Shown: positions 35,154-46,312 of the stretch, in pieces
Layout: each line of letters starts with the position of its first letter
Numbering within the stretch: position 1 is the stretch's first letter
Virus record (IMG/VR): IMGVR_UViG_3300027977_000031
Location: 1 to 64,000 of that record
Length of the DNA: 64,000 nt
Direction: 5' to 3' (one strand)
From: a virus
Notes under the pieces: generated by a model
What the model saw: only the letters and a program-made list of their open reading frames with translations
Databases searched by the model: none
What the model was told of the DNA's origin: nothing
Program-made: the position numbers and the translations under genes

Positions 35154-35390
35154 ATGGAAAACATCAACTCTCAACTCACAATTAACGACATTGCGTTAGC
35201 TCGCGATGTAATCGACACTGCTGTCAAGCGTGGTGCATTTGGTGCTGCCGAAGCAAAACAAGTTGGAACCTTGTATGAAAAGATTGATCTATTCATCAAG
35301 ACTGCTGTAGCTCAGGCAGAAGAAACCACAGCAGCAGAAACTCAGCCCCAGGCTGAAGTGCCAGATTCAACAGAATCTACAACCCTTTAA
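35154..35390 (+). CDS. hypothetical protein
   Basis: ORF (ATG at 35154). Confidence 0.35.
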   Translation: MENINSQLTINDIALARDVIDTAVKRGAFGAAEAKQVGTLYEKIDLFIKTAVAQAEETTAAETQPQAEVPDSTESTTL

Positions 35391-35400
35391 GGAGAATTTT

Positions 35401-36159
35401 ATGGCATTTTTGAAACACATTGGTAAACATGGCGACCGTAAAGTTGCAGTAATCTTTAGACAGATTCCCGGCGACGATCACATGTGCCTTTGCATCTATC
35501 CAGACCTGCTGCCTATCAGCATTCACGACCCGTTGATGAAGGTGTTGGAGAGTCCAGTTGGGCAATCTGCTGAAGAATTTGCAGATGCATTGAATCGAAA
35601 CATCCTTCCTGATGGTCGCAATATGCTGCAAACTTTGCATGCTGAAAGATTAATGAAACGTGTGCAAACTGAACAAGTGTTGATGACTCCCAACATGAAT
35701 TCTAATGTACGTCTAAGTGAGCTTAACAAGATTCTCAATGAGATGAAAAAGGGCGAAGATGCTGTGCGCAAGATGGCAGAGATTGATAGCAGCCGTGGTA
35801 TTGTTGATCCCAAAGTCAAACGTGCTGCCGAAGCTGCTTACAAAGCTGGACAACAATCTCGCTCTACGCCAGTAGAAGCAGGTTATACTGCTGCACCTTC
35901 AGACGGTGCGTTGGATGACAAGACCATTGCTGCCAACATGCTCACTCAAGCGGTACGCATGCACAACGAAGCAACTGGTATGATTAACGAAGCAGCCAGA
36001 ATGAAGAAAGAAGCTGAAAGAATGTTTCCTGGTGTGAAGATGATGGACTTGCCCAGGATGGTGCCAATTCCACAAGTCGAAGTTGAAGCACCAAAAGTTG
36101 CCGCAGTGAAAAAAGGCCGACCAGCAAAGGCCAAGGCTGCTGCTCATGCCACTGAGTGA
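35401..36159 (+). CDS. hypothetical protein
   Basis: ORF with RBS. Confidence 0.45.
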   Translation: MAFLKHIGKHGDRKVAVIFRQIPGDDHMCLCIYPDLLPISIHDPLMKVLESPVGQSAEEFADALNRNILPDGRNMLQTLHAERLMKRVQTEQVLMTPNMNSNVRLSELNKILNEMKKGEDAVRKMAEIDSSRGIVDPKVKRAAEAAYKAGQQSRSTPVEAGYTAAPSDGALDDKTIAANMLTQAVRMHNEATGMINEAARMKKEAERMFPGVKMMDLPRMVPIPQVEVEAPKVAAVKKGRPAKAKAAAHATE

Positions 36160-36448
36160 CGAATTCTTAGCCAAATGGGATTATATAATTTCAGAAGTCG
36201 ACAAGACCCAAGTTCCGTTAAAATGCATTAACAAAATGATTATCAAGATGGATGGTGGTAAACAAAAGACCATCAATCTTGCTAGATTACGGCGCGACGG
36301 CCTTGACGATGACGAAGTTGAAGAAATCCTAAATAGAAATCTTTCAATGTTGGGAGATACCGTACGTACCATCGACTTTGTGGTGGATGTTAATACTGTG
36401 GCCAGCATTGTACAACCAGCTACAGATAAATTACTAAAAAAATTATGA
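36146..36448 (+). CDS. hypothetical protein
   Basis: ORF overlapping the upstream stop. Confidence 0.4.
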   Translation: MPLSDEFLAKWDYIISEVDKTQVPLKCINKMIIKMDGGKQKTINLARLRRDGLDDDEVEEILNRNLSMLGDTVRTIDFVVDVNTVASIVQPATDKLLKKL

Positions 36449-37134
36449 ACGTTCGATTACTCAGTCACAGCAGTCCAACAGAAGAATTTGCTACACAAGG
36501 CATTACAGATGCACAAGAGCTTATTGCATATTGCGCCCGTGTGTCCAACCCTGCCAACCAGTTCACTACTGAAACAAGCGAGCGACTTATCCGATACTTG
36601 GTCAAGCATCAACACTGGTCACCGTTGGAAATGGTATCAGCCTGTATTGAAATTGAAACCACACGCGACATTGCCCGACAGATTCTACGTCACAGAAGTT
36701 TCAGCTTCCAAGAGTTCTCCCAGCGATATGCTGATCCTACAGCTGAACTTGGCCAAGCGTTTGTGTTACGTGAGGCAAGACTCCAGGACACAAAGAATAG
36801 ACAAAACAGTGTAGAGCTTGACATGGAATCTGAGGATGATCGATTCCTTGCAGCAGAATGGAACCGACGCCAGCAAGAAGTTATTGACTTGGTCAAACAA
36901 AACTACACCTGGGCAATTGGTGCAGGCATTGCCAAAGAGCAAGCTCGTTGCATGCTGCCCGAAGGTAATACCGTGAGTCGGATGTACATGAATGGCACTA
37001 TTCGTTCATGGATCCACTACATCATGTTGCGCAAAGAGAACGGCACACAAAAAGAGCACCAGGATATTGCACTAGCATGCGCTCGAGCCATTGCTGCAAT
37101 CTTCCCAATGGCCGCTAATCTAGTTGCAAAGTAA
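36445..37134 (+). CDS. thyX: flavin-dependent thymidylate synthase ThyX
   Basis: ThyX motif RHRSFSFQEFSQRY; about 230 aa. Confidence 0.8.
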   Translation: MNVRLLSHSSPTEEFATQGITDAQELIAYCARVSNPANQFTTETSERLIRYLVKHQHWSPLEMVSACIEIETTRDIARQILRHRSFSFQEFSQRYADPTAELGQAFVLREARLQDTKNRQNSVELDMESEDDRFLAAEWNRRQQEVIDLVKQNYTWAIGAGIAKEQARCMLPEGNTVSRMYMNGTIRSWIHYIMLRKENGTQKEHQDIALACARAIAAIFPMAANLVAK

Positions 37135-37157
37135 CAGTCTCTGTGCTACACTAGCAT

Positions 37158-37496
37158 ATGGCTATTTTGCGTGAATTGAATCAAACATACAGCATACACA
37201 GTAAACCATCTGAATGTAAAATTATCGACGGCAACATTGTTAAATTTTCAGACATGGTGGTTCATAGATTTCGCATGAGCGATGTTGAAGATCCTGTACT
37301 GTATGCAGCCGATCCTATATGGCAATGGCAACAAACCGAAGCTGGCAAGTTTGTGATGGAACACTCGGTGGAACTGCCTTGGTGGGTACGGCATGCGGAT
37401 CACTCATGTCATGGATTTGAGTTTGTAATTGTGGCTCGTATGAAAGAATCAGATCAAACTTTTTATACATTGAAGTATGTTGGCACCGAATATTGA
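37158..37496 (+). CDS. hypothetical protein
   Basis: ORF. Confidence 0.4.
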   Translation: MAILRELNQTYSIHSKPSECKIIDGNIVKFSDMVVHRFRMSDVEDPVLYAADPIWQWQQTEAGKFVMEHSVELPWWVRHADHSCHGFEFVIVARMKESDQTFYTLKYVGTEY

Positions 37497-37752
37497 ATAC
37501 ATAGACGCCGAAGTCACACTACTGTCTCCTGTTAGTAAACAAATGTGGGATGGCGAAAAGTTTGTGGCTATGAACTTGTACAAGATCAAAGGCTGGCCAG
37601 GCATGGAAGCAGAAAACTGGTTGCTCAACAGTTTTGGACATGCAGGAACATACAAAAACGGAAGATACTGGGAGTATAGCAGAGCCGGTAACTTTACTGT
37701 GATGGATGAGAAAGTATACGTATGGTATCGAATGAAATGGGGCAATAAATGA
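37477..37752 (+). CDS. hypothetical protein
   Basis: ORF. Confidence 0.4.
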   Translation: MLAPNIEYIDAEVTLLSPVSKQMWDGEKFVAMNLYKIKGWPGMEAENWLLNSFGHAGTYKNGRYWEYSRAGNFTVMDEKVYVWYRMKWGNK

Positions 37753-38720
37753 AAATATTAGTAACAGGTGGGCACGGACTTATTGGACATAATGTGGTTC
37801 AACGGTTGCAAGCACAAGATGAAGACGTTGCTGTAGTAGACACACATACCACCTATGGTATTATTCCATCAGCAGAGATTGATTATTTGATAGGGGAACG
37901 TCTTAAAAAATTAGATCCTCACACATACCATAATCAGTGCATCACAAACAGTTATGAAATTGATTGGATTATAGAGAAAGAACAACCAGAAGTCATTGTG
38001 CATTGTGCCAGCTTTCCTAGACAGAAAGTGGTCAATGCCAACCCTAGCTGGGGTGCAGATGTTATGATGAAGGGCTTGATCAACCTGCTTGAGAGTGCCA
38101 AAAAACACAATGTTCGCCGTTTTGTTTACATCTCTAGCTCAATGGTCTACGGAGACTTTGAAGATCAAGCGTTGGAAGATGATGAATGCAGGCCTCAAGG
38201 ACAATACGGTATCATGAAACTAGCAGGAGAATGGCTTGTTAAAGACTATGCAAGAAAAACAGGCATGGAATATGTTATCATCCGTCCGTCGGCAGTGTAT
38301 GGACCGTTAGACGTGGAAGATCGGGTTGTTGCGAAATTTATGCTTACCGCAATGCGTGGTGGTACCCTCCGAGTCAACGGAGCCGGAGAAACCTTAGACT
38401 TTACATATGTGGATGACGCTGCGGATGGTATTGTGGCGGCTGCAACTCGAATCATGGCCCGCGACAGCACTTACAACATTACTAAATCACACAGTGTGAG
38501 CCTGTTGGAAGCCGCAAAAATGATTGTTAAAATTGTTGGCAAAGGCTCTATTGAATGCAAAGACAAAGATGCAGATTTTCCATCACGTGGTGCATTGAAT
38601 ATTGACCGTGCTAGAGCAATGTTAGGTTACAATCCCAAAATTGATGTTGAAGAAGGTTTTGAAAATTATTATGAGTGGCTTAGCCAGTCATCCTACTGGG
38701 CTGCACAATTATCAAAGTGA
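37749..38720 (+). CDS. NAD-dependent nucleotide-sugar epimerase/dehydratase
   Basis: VTGGHGLIGHNV (GxxGxxG) plus SYG...K-type SDR layout. Confidence 0.65.
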   Translation: MKILVTGGHGLIGHNVVQRLQAQDEDVAVVDTHTTYGIIPSAEIDYLIGERLKKLDPHTYHNQCITNSYEIDWIIEKEQPEVIVHCASFPRQKVVNANPSWGADVMMKGLINLLESAKKHNVRRFVYISSSMVYGDFEDQALEDDECRPQGQYGIMKLAGEWLVKDYARKTGMEYVIIRPSAVYGPLDVEDRVVAKFMLTAMRGGTLRVNGAGETLDFTYVDDAADGIVAAATRIMARDSTYNITKSHSVSLLEAAKMIVKIVGKGSIECKDKDADFPSRGALNIDRARAMLGYNPKIDVEEGFENYYEWLSQSSYWAAQLSK

Positions 38721-38848
38721 TTTAGGAATAATATGATGTCTTTCAAAATAATCAGTCATTGACCTTGCTGTTGCTCAATAGCATTGAGTATATTTGTTCT
38801 GTAAATACATAATGTTATTAATCAATCATTCCGTTTATTGGTTATTAA

Positions 38849-39922
38849 ATGTCTAATCTTACCATTCCCTTCACTGGTCTCCGCCAACAGTATAATAATC
38901 TACGTGAAGAGATCCTGGATGCAACCGATATAGTGTTGCGTTCTGGAAATCTTATGGATGGCAACTATACTGCTGAGTTTGAATCATGGTTGGCCAAAAA
39001 GAATCATAATTCATATGCAGTAACCTGTCACTCTGGAACACAGGCGTTGGAAATCATTGCTGGTTACTGTTTTAGTCACATTCGTGATCACGATAAAACT
39101 CCCACAGTGCTAGTTCCAGCCATGACATATCCTGCTACGGTCAATGCATTTATGAAAACAGGTTGGCAAGTAGAAATTGTTGATACTGATTCATATGGAT
39201 GTATGGATCCTTTTCAGATTAAAAATGAGTATGATGCTATTTGTGTTGTGGGGTTATATGGTTCTGCATTACAACACAGATGGAATACTATGACTGATTG
39301 TTTAATTGAAGATGGTGCTCAACACTGGCTTTCAAACAACTGTGAACGACAATCTAACTCCACTGCTATCAGTTTTGATCCTACAAAGAATCTTCCCAAC
39401 TACGGCAATGGTGGTGCAGTGGTAACCTCTGATTTGTATCTAGCCGACTATGCCCGTAACTGGATCAATAATGGCAAGGCCAGCGGGCACAGTGTAATTG
39501 GCACAAACAGTCGCATGAGTGAAATTGATTGTGCTCAGATGATGGTCAAAACTCAATACCTAGACGACTGGCAACTACGCAGAAGCAAGATAGCAAGATA
39601 CTGGATGACCAGGCTAGAAGACCGTTCCGTTAGGTGTTTGATTGATGATACTAACTTTAGAAGCCATGCATTACAAAAGTTTGTGATTGAAGTAGATAAT
39701 CAAAGTCAATTGCAACAACATCTTTCTGCTTGCCAAATTGATACCAAGATTCATTATCGTAGTCCCTTGCACGAACTTGATGCATATCAAAACCTCAAAG
39801 GACCCAGTTTGTTGAGTGTGGCATCAAGTCTGTCACGACGATGTATCTCATTGCCATTTTATCCAGAACTTACTGATCTAGAAATTGATCATATTATTGA
39901 TTCGGTGTTAGCTGCCGTTTGA
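38849..39922 (+). CDS. DegT/DnrJ/EryC1/StrS-family sugar aminotransferase (PLP-dependent)
   Basis: N-terminal F.GL..QY..L..EIL.A...VL.SG....G.....FE..LA.....YAV.C.SGT.ALE pattern. Confidence 0.55.
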   Translation: MSNLTIPFTGLRQQYNNLREEILDATDIVLRSGNLMDGNYTAEFESWLAKKNHNSYAVTCHSGTQALEIIAGYCFSHIRDHDKTPTVLVPAMTYPATVNAFMKTGWQVEIVDTDSYGCMDPFQIKNEYDAICVVGLYGSALQHRWNTMTDCLIEDGAQHWLSNNCERQSNSTAISFDPTKNLPNYGNGGAVVTSDLYLADYARNWINNGKASGHSVIGTNSRMSEIDCAQMMVKTQYLDDWQLRRSKIARYWMTRLEDRSVRCLIDDTNFRSHALQKFVIEVDNQSQLQQHLSACQIDTKIHYRSPLHELDAYQNLKGPSLLSVASSLSRRCISLPFYPELTDLEIDHIIDSVLAAV

Positions 39923-41210
39923 AAAAAGCATAGCTAGCTAACCATTCCCATTCATAGCTTTTCTTTAGTTGATCAAAGTCTCCGGCTACTTCATTATAGT
40001 AGTCTAGAGCATCTTGTGCGCCTGCTGCACTCAATGCACTGCGAACACTTTGATTTTGTGTTAGCCATTGCTGTATACGATATTCATTTTCTATATCGGG
40101 CAAGCTGGCTCGCAACTTTAGCACTTCTCTAAAGGCTGTGCGCCAGGTGCTCCAGTCCGAGGTGTTGTAAGCAGCTATGCCACTCACAATTGGCACCACT
40201 TCGTGCGGTGAATCTAGTGTGAAATCTAATCCCACACCTGGGTTGTTTAACACCAGTTGTTTGTTGTATGCAATCATGGCCTGATGCCCGTACTCCAAGC
40301 CATTGCACGGATTTTTGGCATGAAAGATATAATGCTTGGCCTGCTGCATATAGTCTGGTTGCCATGACCAATCAAAATCAATATCCACTTCTAGCTTGGC
40401 AAACACAGCAAAGAACCACGGTGTGGTGCTGAGTCTTGCTGCTGCGTGATATGCTGCTGCTCGTCCGTTGATGCTGTCTACTCGCACTGTGCGATTTGTC
40501 TTGGGCAATAGAATTAAACGTTTGAGATTTTGTTCAGCATTGAGTTCTCCATTTGAAATGAATACTATGTCTAACTGTTGACTGGGATTTAAATTTTTCT
40601 TTTGTAAATATTGATAGTCATACACTTGCTTGCGGATACTCCCATGTGCATTTCTTGGTACCAAACAGGATGCTTGATTGCTAGTAAGTCCAACCACTGG
40701 CTGTTCTCTCCATAGCCACGGGTCAGGTTGCACAGTCACTGGGTTATTTTCATGTTCAAACAACACATACGGAGTATGACATTGTGAACTAGCAATAGCA
40801 GCAACCACACTGTCTTGATTGTATTGTATTTTTTGCCAAGGTAATCTAGCAACAGATTCATGTTCGAAATTTACATCTTTATATTGTTCCAATCTTGCCA
40901 ATGAATCTTTTTGTTGATTCCACTGAGCTGTTGGTATTAAAAATGTATCACCAAATTGTTGGTCGCCGCTGGGCCAACAATGTATTTGGTGACTTTGCCA
41001 CGGAGTAGGCTCCCATAAAAAATCAAAGTCACTGTAATCACAACAACTGCTCAACACCCAAAAATATCTAGTTCGTATATTTTGAGATCCTCGACGAATA
41101 GTAGACAGGTGATCAGTCCAATTAACTATTTTGGCATGCGGCAATCGATCACGTAAATACTCCACATTCGACGAATGCCCTCCCATATTCATAATTACAA
41201 TATCAAACAT
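39894..41210 (-). CDS. hypothetical protein in the glycan-modification block
   Basis: Long ORF; no motif I can name. Confidence 0.4.
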   Translation of the reverse strand: MFDIVIMNMGGHSSNVEYLRDRLPHAKIVNWTDHLSTIRRGSQNIRTRYFWVLSSCCDYSDFDFLWEPTPWQSHQIHCWPSGDQQFGDTFLIPTAQWNQQKDSLARLEQYKDVNFEHESVARLPWQKIQYNQDSVVAAIASSQCHTPYVLFEHENNPVTVQPDPWLWREQPVVGLTSNQASCLVPRNAHGSIRKQVYDYQYLQKKNLNPSQQLDIVFISNGELNAEQNLKRLILLPKTNRTVRVDSINGRAAAYHAAARLSTTPWFFAVFAKLEVDIDFDWSWQPDYMQQAKHYIFHAKNPCNGLEYGHQAMIAYNKQLVLNNPGVGLDFTLDSPHEVVPIVSGIAAYNTSDWSTWRTAFREVLKLRASLPDIENEYRIQQWLTQNQSVRSALSAAGAQDALDYYNEVAGDFDQLKKSYEWEWLASYAFFKRQLTPNQ

Positions 41211-41245
41211 AAAGTAATTATAACATAATTTCTGTCACTAAACAA

Positions 41246-42433
41246 ATGATTTATATAGCAGTGGATCACATACATCCAGGCACATGCAAGCCCATGCCTA
41301 ATGGTATCCCTATTCATTTACATGATCAATTGGATTACCAGGACGGACAAAGATTAGATTTTCCTCGTATTATACATTATCTTCGAGATTGCAATATTCC
41401 ATCTGCAACGGTACTGACGTCTAACGCTCCAGTAGGTGCGTGGTATCCAGTAGTGATAGGATGGTTTGATTTTTCTCAAGATTATCTAAGTTTAATCAGT
41501 GGGCAGGCATTGGCACGTTTGAAGAAAAAAGAAATAAAACTGGTGTTTACGTACCATGAAGGAGATCATCCGGGTCCTATACGACAACGATTAGATGACC
41601 TGTGCTATCAGCATAATATAGACTCAGAACTAGTATGGTTAATTTCTGGTAATTCGTCGGCTGACCAATATCACAATACTGTGTACTGGCCCGAATTAGA
41701 ATTTATGTATTGGCGTACTGTAAATCGTAAGTACGGTGCAATTTATCATTTGCAGCCAAGATCACGAGCCTACATATCCTTGTGCAGAGTTGACAAACTA
41801 TGGCGCAAAGTATTCATGAGCGATTTATGGAGTCATGGATTACACCAGCGTGGTTATTTCAGTTATAATCAACATTTGCTAGGATCCGAAGACGACTATC
41901 ATGGGTGTGCATTAAATAATAATTATCTTGCTGAATGCCAATCAAGAGTCAATGAGTTTGTTGCATCAGGACCATTTCGTGTGGATGATCTTGATACAGC
42001 AGCCCATAATAACTATCATGAAAACATGACTGCGCTCTACGCAGAAAGCTATTTTAACATTGTGTTAGAAACCATGATTGATGTGGATTCATCTAATGGC
42101 CAATTTATCACAGAAAAAACATTTAAACCCATATTCAACAATCAATTTTTTGTAGCTGTGAGTTCAGTTGATCATCAACGTCATTTGCGTGACTTAGGAT
42201 ATCAAACTTTTGGTCGATGTATAGATGAAAATTATGATTCAATTGCCGACAATCAACAACGATTTGAAGCTGTGTTGGATATTACAAAATCATTGATACG
42301 TTCTGGTCTTAAAAATTTACATCAATTGTATATTGATCTGGCACCTGAGATACAACACAATTCTAATGTGTTCCAGGCTGGTATGGCTCATAGATTACAA
42401 ACTGTTGTAGATTGTATTAACTGCAAACTTTGA
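41246..42433 (+). CDS. hypothetical protein (possible glycosyltransferase)
   Basis: Long ORF in a sugar-gene context. Confidence 0.35.
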   Translation: MIYIAVDHIHPGTCKPMPNGIPIHLHDQLDYQDGQRLDFPRIIHYLRDCNIPSATVLTSNAPVGAWYPVVIGWFDFSQDYLSLISGQALARLKKKEIKLVFTYHEGDHPGPIRQRLDDLCYQHNIDSELVWLISGNSSADQYHNTVYWPELEFMYWRTVNRKYGAIYHLQPRSRAYISLCRVDKLWRKVFMSDLWSHGLHQRGYFSYNQHLLGSEDDYHGCALNNNYLAECQSRVNEFVASGPFRVDDLDTAAHNNYHENMTALYAESYFNIVLETMIDVDSSNGQFITEKTFKPIFNNQFFVAVSSVDHQRHLRDLGYQTFGRCIDENYDSIADNQQRFEAVLDITKSLIRSGLKNLHQLYIDLAPEIQHNSNVFQAGMAHRLQTVVDCINCKL

Positions 42434-43895
42434 CTTGATAGCACTGCTGGAATCGATCAGCATCCCAACGATCATTGACCATTGGCTTGCCACGTATGTT
42501 AAGGCTGGTGTTTAATAGCATAGGGCATCCAGTCATAAAATTCCATTTTTCCAATAAAGCTCGGATGCCTGACCCATCAGCTGGAACAGTTTGTACACGA
42601 CTGGTACCATCATGATGAACAATAGCAGGAAACAACTCAGGATTCTTGCAAGTAGCAACCACTTGCATGTATCTACTGTTATTCCAGTGTCTGGGCATTT
42701 CAAAATAGTCATGTACATATTCTTCAAGAATAACTGGCGCAAATGGTCTAAATTTCTGTCGTTGTTTGATTTCGTTTACTTTGTTCTTGATCAAATGTCC
42801 TCGGGGATCTGCAAGTAAGCTTCTATTGCCCAGCGCTCGAGGACCAAATTCTGCACGACCGGATGCAACACCAACAATACAATCAGTAAGTAACACATCA
42901 AGTATGTCGTTAACAGGGTACTCGCCAGCAATGTTGTGGCCAAGAAAAGCAGTATCCCACTTGACTTGACTGCCTAATCCCAACGCCGCCGCGCCAAGGC
43001 TATTTCCTGCGTCACCAGGATTGGGTACAATCCAAATGTTTTCATAAAAATCTCCCAGTAAACGATTGGCCACACAGTTTAATGCCACACCGCCACCGTA
43101 CACTAAATTTTTACTTGTTCCCAATTGCCTGGCACGACTGATAACATTGCGTATCAATTGCTCTGTTAAAATCTGTGCGCTACATGCAATATCCATTGGG
43201 TCGGCATTGGGTAAAAATTCTTGATCAACTCCAATGTGCAAATTTTGCACAAACTGTGAATTATCTTTTGAATTCAAAAATTGCTGTTGCATCTCTCTAA
43301 GATACTGTGGCATCCCGTATGCAGCCATGCCCATGAGTATGTATTCTTCATCCAATGGGTGTAGTCCTACACGTTGAGTCATTGCGGAATAAAACAACCC
43401 AATGCTGTGTGGATACTGCTGACTCCATAACTTTTTGTATTCAGCACGACCATTGGCATTGTATGTGGCATCCCATATGGTCACTGTATCAAACTCACCA
43501 ATGGCATCAATAACTACCACTGTGGCATCTGCATAAGGACTAGTTTGGAATCCTGCTGCTGCGTGACACAAATGATGTGCATGTGTATGCACACGCGGCC
43601 GACCCATGTGATTGTAAGTGTTACCTAATAATTTATCCCAGGTGGGCCATTGAAACCCTTCGCCACTGCGCAATTGTCTTAGAGCTTTAACCCAAGGACG
43701 TTCATAATAATGATATTCAATGCTGTCTGAATCTACATGCGCCAATGCATCAACTAATAACTCTGCACATACATCTTTGTCATGTTTTTTCTTACTATAA
43801 CGTTCGCTGTGTGCTGCAAACAAAATATCTCCAGCGTCATTGATTACACTGATAGCAGCATCATGGAACCCAGCAGATATTCCTATGTAATTCAT
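42417..43895 (-). CDS. carbamoyltransferase (NodU/CmcH family)
   Basis: N-terminal MNYIGISAGFHDAAISVINDAG...AHSERYSKKKHD typical of the family. Confidence 0.6.
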   Translation of the reverse strand: MNYIGISAGFHDAAISVINDAGDILFAAHSERYSKKKHDKDVCAELLVDALAHVDSDSIEYHYYERPWVKALRQLRSGEGFQWPTWDKLLGNTYNHMGRPRVHTHAHHLCHAAAGFQTSPYADATVVVIDAIGEFDTVTIWDATYNANGRAEYKKLWSQQYPHSIGLFYSAMTQRVGLHPLDEEYILMGMAAYGMPQYLREMQQQFLNSKDNSQFVQNLHIGVDQEFLPNADPMDIACSAQILTEQLIRNVISRARQLGTSKNLVYGGGVALNCVANRLLGDFYENIWIVPNPGDAGNSLGAAALGLGSQVKWDTAFLGHNIAGEYPVNDILDVLLTDCIVGVASGRAEFGPRALGNRSLLADPRGHLIKNKVNEIKQRQKFRPFAPVILEEYVHDYFEMPRHWNNSRYMQVVATCKNPELFPAIVHHDGTSRVQTVPADGSGIRALLEKWNFMTGCPMLLNTSLNIRGKPMVNDRWDADRFQQCYQVKVCS

Positions 43896-43989
43896 TTGTA
43901 GATAAAAGGATCGCGCTTGCGTAGTTCTTTTAATTTTTTACGGTAACGAATCTCTAGAGTAATCTTTGCCCAAATGTGTCGAATCCAGT

Positions 43990-45030
43990 TCATTTTAATT
44001 TCCTTATTTGTTGTTGATCATAATCAGGATCACTCCAATTATATTCATATGTAGCTTGAAATTTTGAAGTGCGTATTTTATATACATTCAAATGTTCAGC
44101 TAGTTTTTTCCATATCACTTGATAGTCTGTAGTCCCAAAACTACGTATCAAATCTACTTGTGCTACTTTTGGATGCCCAATGGTTAATGATTTATCATCA
44201 GGATCGAATCCATTGGCTCTAAGCCATTCACGAAATTCTTTGAGCATTTTGATCTGCCACGGAAATGATCCTGGATCATTGGCCCATTCAATATCAAAGT
44301 CTCCGGCAGCTTCAGTTTGTGATCTAAGTGTGCTTGTGACTAATTCACCAACACGGCTGTCTCTTCCTTCATCATTGAATACTTCCCAATGGTGTTTGCC
44401 TACTGCTTTATTAACACCCACATATACTCCACCAAGCTGTCGATTGATTGTGTCAACTCCAAACAATTCGTAATCGGCAGGGTCTAGTGTGAATCTAGGA
44501 GCCCGTAGCCAACACATCAATTGTGATGGTCTACGCCATTCTGGTGCTGTGAGTAATTTTCGTATGCTTAATACCAAACTTTCAAGTTCATGACATAATA
44601 GATTTAATTGTCTAATGTGCCATCTTGTAAAATCGTCGGCTGCGGTATAGTAAGGGCTCATTGATCCTGATACCCCTTGGAGATCTTCAAAATATCTGTG
44701 CAATTGGTTCATATGATCTTGATTAATGCCGCCGTTTTCTGTTACAGTATTAGCCGGGCTAAAAAAATCTTGTATTACGTATCCTAACTGAGCCTGATTG
44801 ATTGCATGAATGCTGTTATTAATTTGTGTACAGATATAATCTAGATTTCGTTGATTCTCAGTCCAGCCTAGCCAACAGTAATTTTTTTCCAAATGATAGT
44901 CAAATTCAATCAAGTGGTTTAATGCTGTGATCCATTTACGTGCAAGACTGTTATTGTACACGTCAATATAAACTGTTAGCAATTGATTATTGTTGTCACG
45001 CAAATCTATTTCAATTGAGTTATCAAGCAT
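43990..45030 (-). CDS. hypothetical protein
   Basis: Long ORF. Confidence 0.4.
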   Translation of the reverse strand: MLDNSIEIDLRDNNNQLLTVYIDVYNNSLARKWITALNHLIEFDYHLEKNYCWLGWTENQRNLDYICTQINNSIHAINQAQLGYVIQDFFSPANTVTENGGINQDHMNQLHRYFEDLQGVSGSMSPYYTAADDFTRWHIRQLNLLCHELESLVLSIRKLLTAPEWRRPSQLMCWLRAPRFTLDPADYELFGVDTINRQLGGVYVGVNKAVGKHHWEVFNDEGRDSRVGELVTSTLRSQTEAAGDFDIEWANDPGSFPWQIKMLKEFREWLRANGFDPDDKSLTIGHPKVAQVDLIRSFGTTDYQVIWKKLAEHLNVYKIRTSKFQATYEYNWSDPDYDQQQIRKLK

Positions 45031-46312
45031 GGTTCAACCACCATTCTAGCACTGCTGGTCTTGCTGCCAAGATGTCAGTCATTGTCAATGAGTGACTCCG
45101 TATTTGTTCTAGTTGTAGAATACGGGCTCGCCCTTTAGAAAATCCTTGTTGATATTCATCAGGCCACTGCTCTTCAAATGTAGGACGAGTTTTTAGTTGT
45201 ATCAATACATCTTGCATGGCCCCTGATGTTTCTTGGATTAATTCATCCAGCCACGGATGTAATATATGCCTAGGCAATGCTAATGGGCTCATCACAATGT
45301 CTGGTGAGAATGAAAAAATAACTTTAGCCAATACGCCTACATTGAATTGCTGGGCAAGTTTTGTAATTTTTTTAACTTCGAACATTCCAGGTAAAGTGAG
45401 TGTAAAGTCAATTCTGACTTGACGTGAGTGGCGTTGGATTGCAACTGCGCCTCGGAAGTTTTCAAGCCATTGATCATAATCAAGACCTGTTCTAATGTAT
45501 TCACCAATTGCGCCTGTGCCGTCAAGGCTTGCGCATATCTGCCAGTCTCTGATCTCAGGAAGAATGTCGCGATAGAGATTAATGCCACGGTATTCCACCC
45601 TAGACAAGTTGGTATTATATCTAGCATATACTTGTGGGCCATCCCCTAATTCTATTATTCGTTTCATGTATCGCCAATGTTGCTCGTACATCAAAGGCTC
45701 GCCACCTACCCAGTAAATTTCTTCTACTCGGTGTTGCTCAACTGCATTACTAAACTCCAGTTCAATTTGGTTGTCTTGAAACTTTGAAATTTGTTCACGT
45801 ACAACTGGCCGCATCCAATTATTTTTAGGATCAGTCCAGTTGACCATGTCATGGGTTTTTTGTTCTGTTTCCCAGGCACTGCTCAACATATCTCCGCAAG
45901 TTCTACATTTGAAATTGCATAAGTTACTAAATCTATAATCCCAACTAACAGGCAAGACATCACAGGTGCCATCATCGTGCGTAGCTGCCATTACGTCATG
46001 ATATTTGTGTCGAAACAAGTGCCAAAAATATGTGCGATAAACATCTGTGTTTAACAATTGATCATTACATACTTCGCATTCAGGCAAGCGTTCGCCGGCC
46101 ATCATACGTCGGCGTACTGACTTCATGTGTTCACTGTTCCAATGTTCTTCTAATGTAATGGGTATGTAAGTACCTGTGCCTGCTTGAGTATCTATGTATT
46201 GTGTGAAATTTTGTGCTGGTTCTCTTGATGCACAACACATACGTCTTTCAGTTTGTGGAGAAAGATATGTATGTGTCCATGGTGCTAGACATAAGGTATC
46301 AGGTTTTTGCAT
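45023..46312 (-). CDS. radical SAM enzyme, paralog 1 of 5 (N-terminal Cys-rich extension)
   Basis: CNFKCRTCG = CxxxCxxC; N-terminal C..PW...(11-16 residues)...CC motif shared with paralogs 2 and 3 (CxxxW...CxHPPxH in paralogs 4 and 5); GGEPL. Confidence 0.65.
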   Translation of the reverse strand: MQKPDTLCLAPWTHTYLSPQTERRMCCASREPAQNFTQYIDTQAGTGTYIPITLEEHWNSEHMKSVRRRMMAGERLPECEVCNDQLLNTDVYRTYFWHLFRHKYHDVMAATHDDGTCDVLPVSWDYRFSNLCNFKCRTCGDMLSSAWETEQKTHDMVNWTDPKNNWMRPVVREQISKFQDNQIELEFSNAVEQHRVEEIYWVGGEPLMYEQHWRYMKRIIELGDGPQVYARYNTNLSRVEYRGINLYRDILPEIRDWQICASLDGTGAIGEYIRTGLDYDQWLENFRGAVAIQRHSRQVRIDFTLTLPGMFEVKKITKLAQQFNVGVLAKVIFSFSPDIVMSPLALPRHILHPWLDELIQETSGAMQDVLIQLKTRPTFEEQWPDEYQQGFSKGRARILQLEQIRSHSLTMTDILAARPAVLEWWLNHA

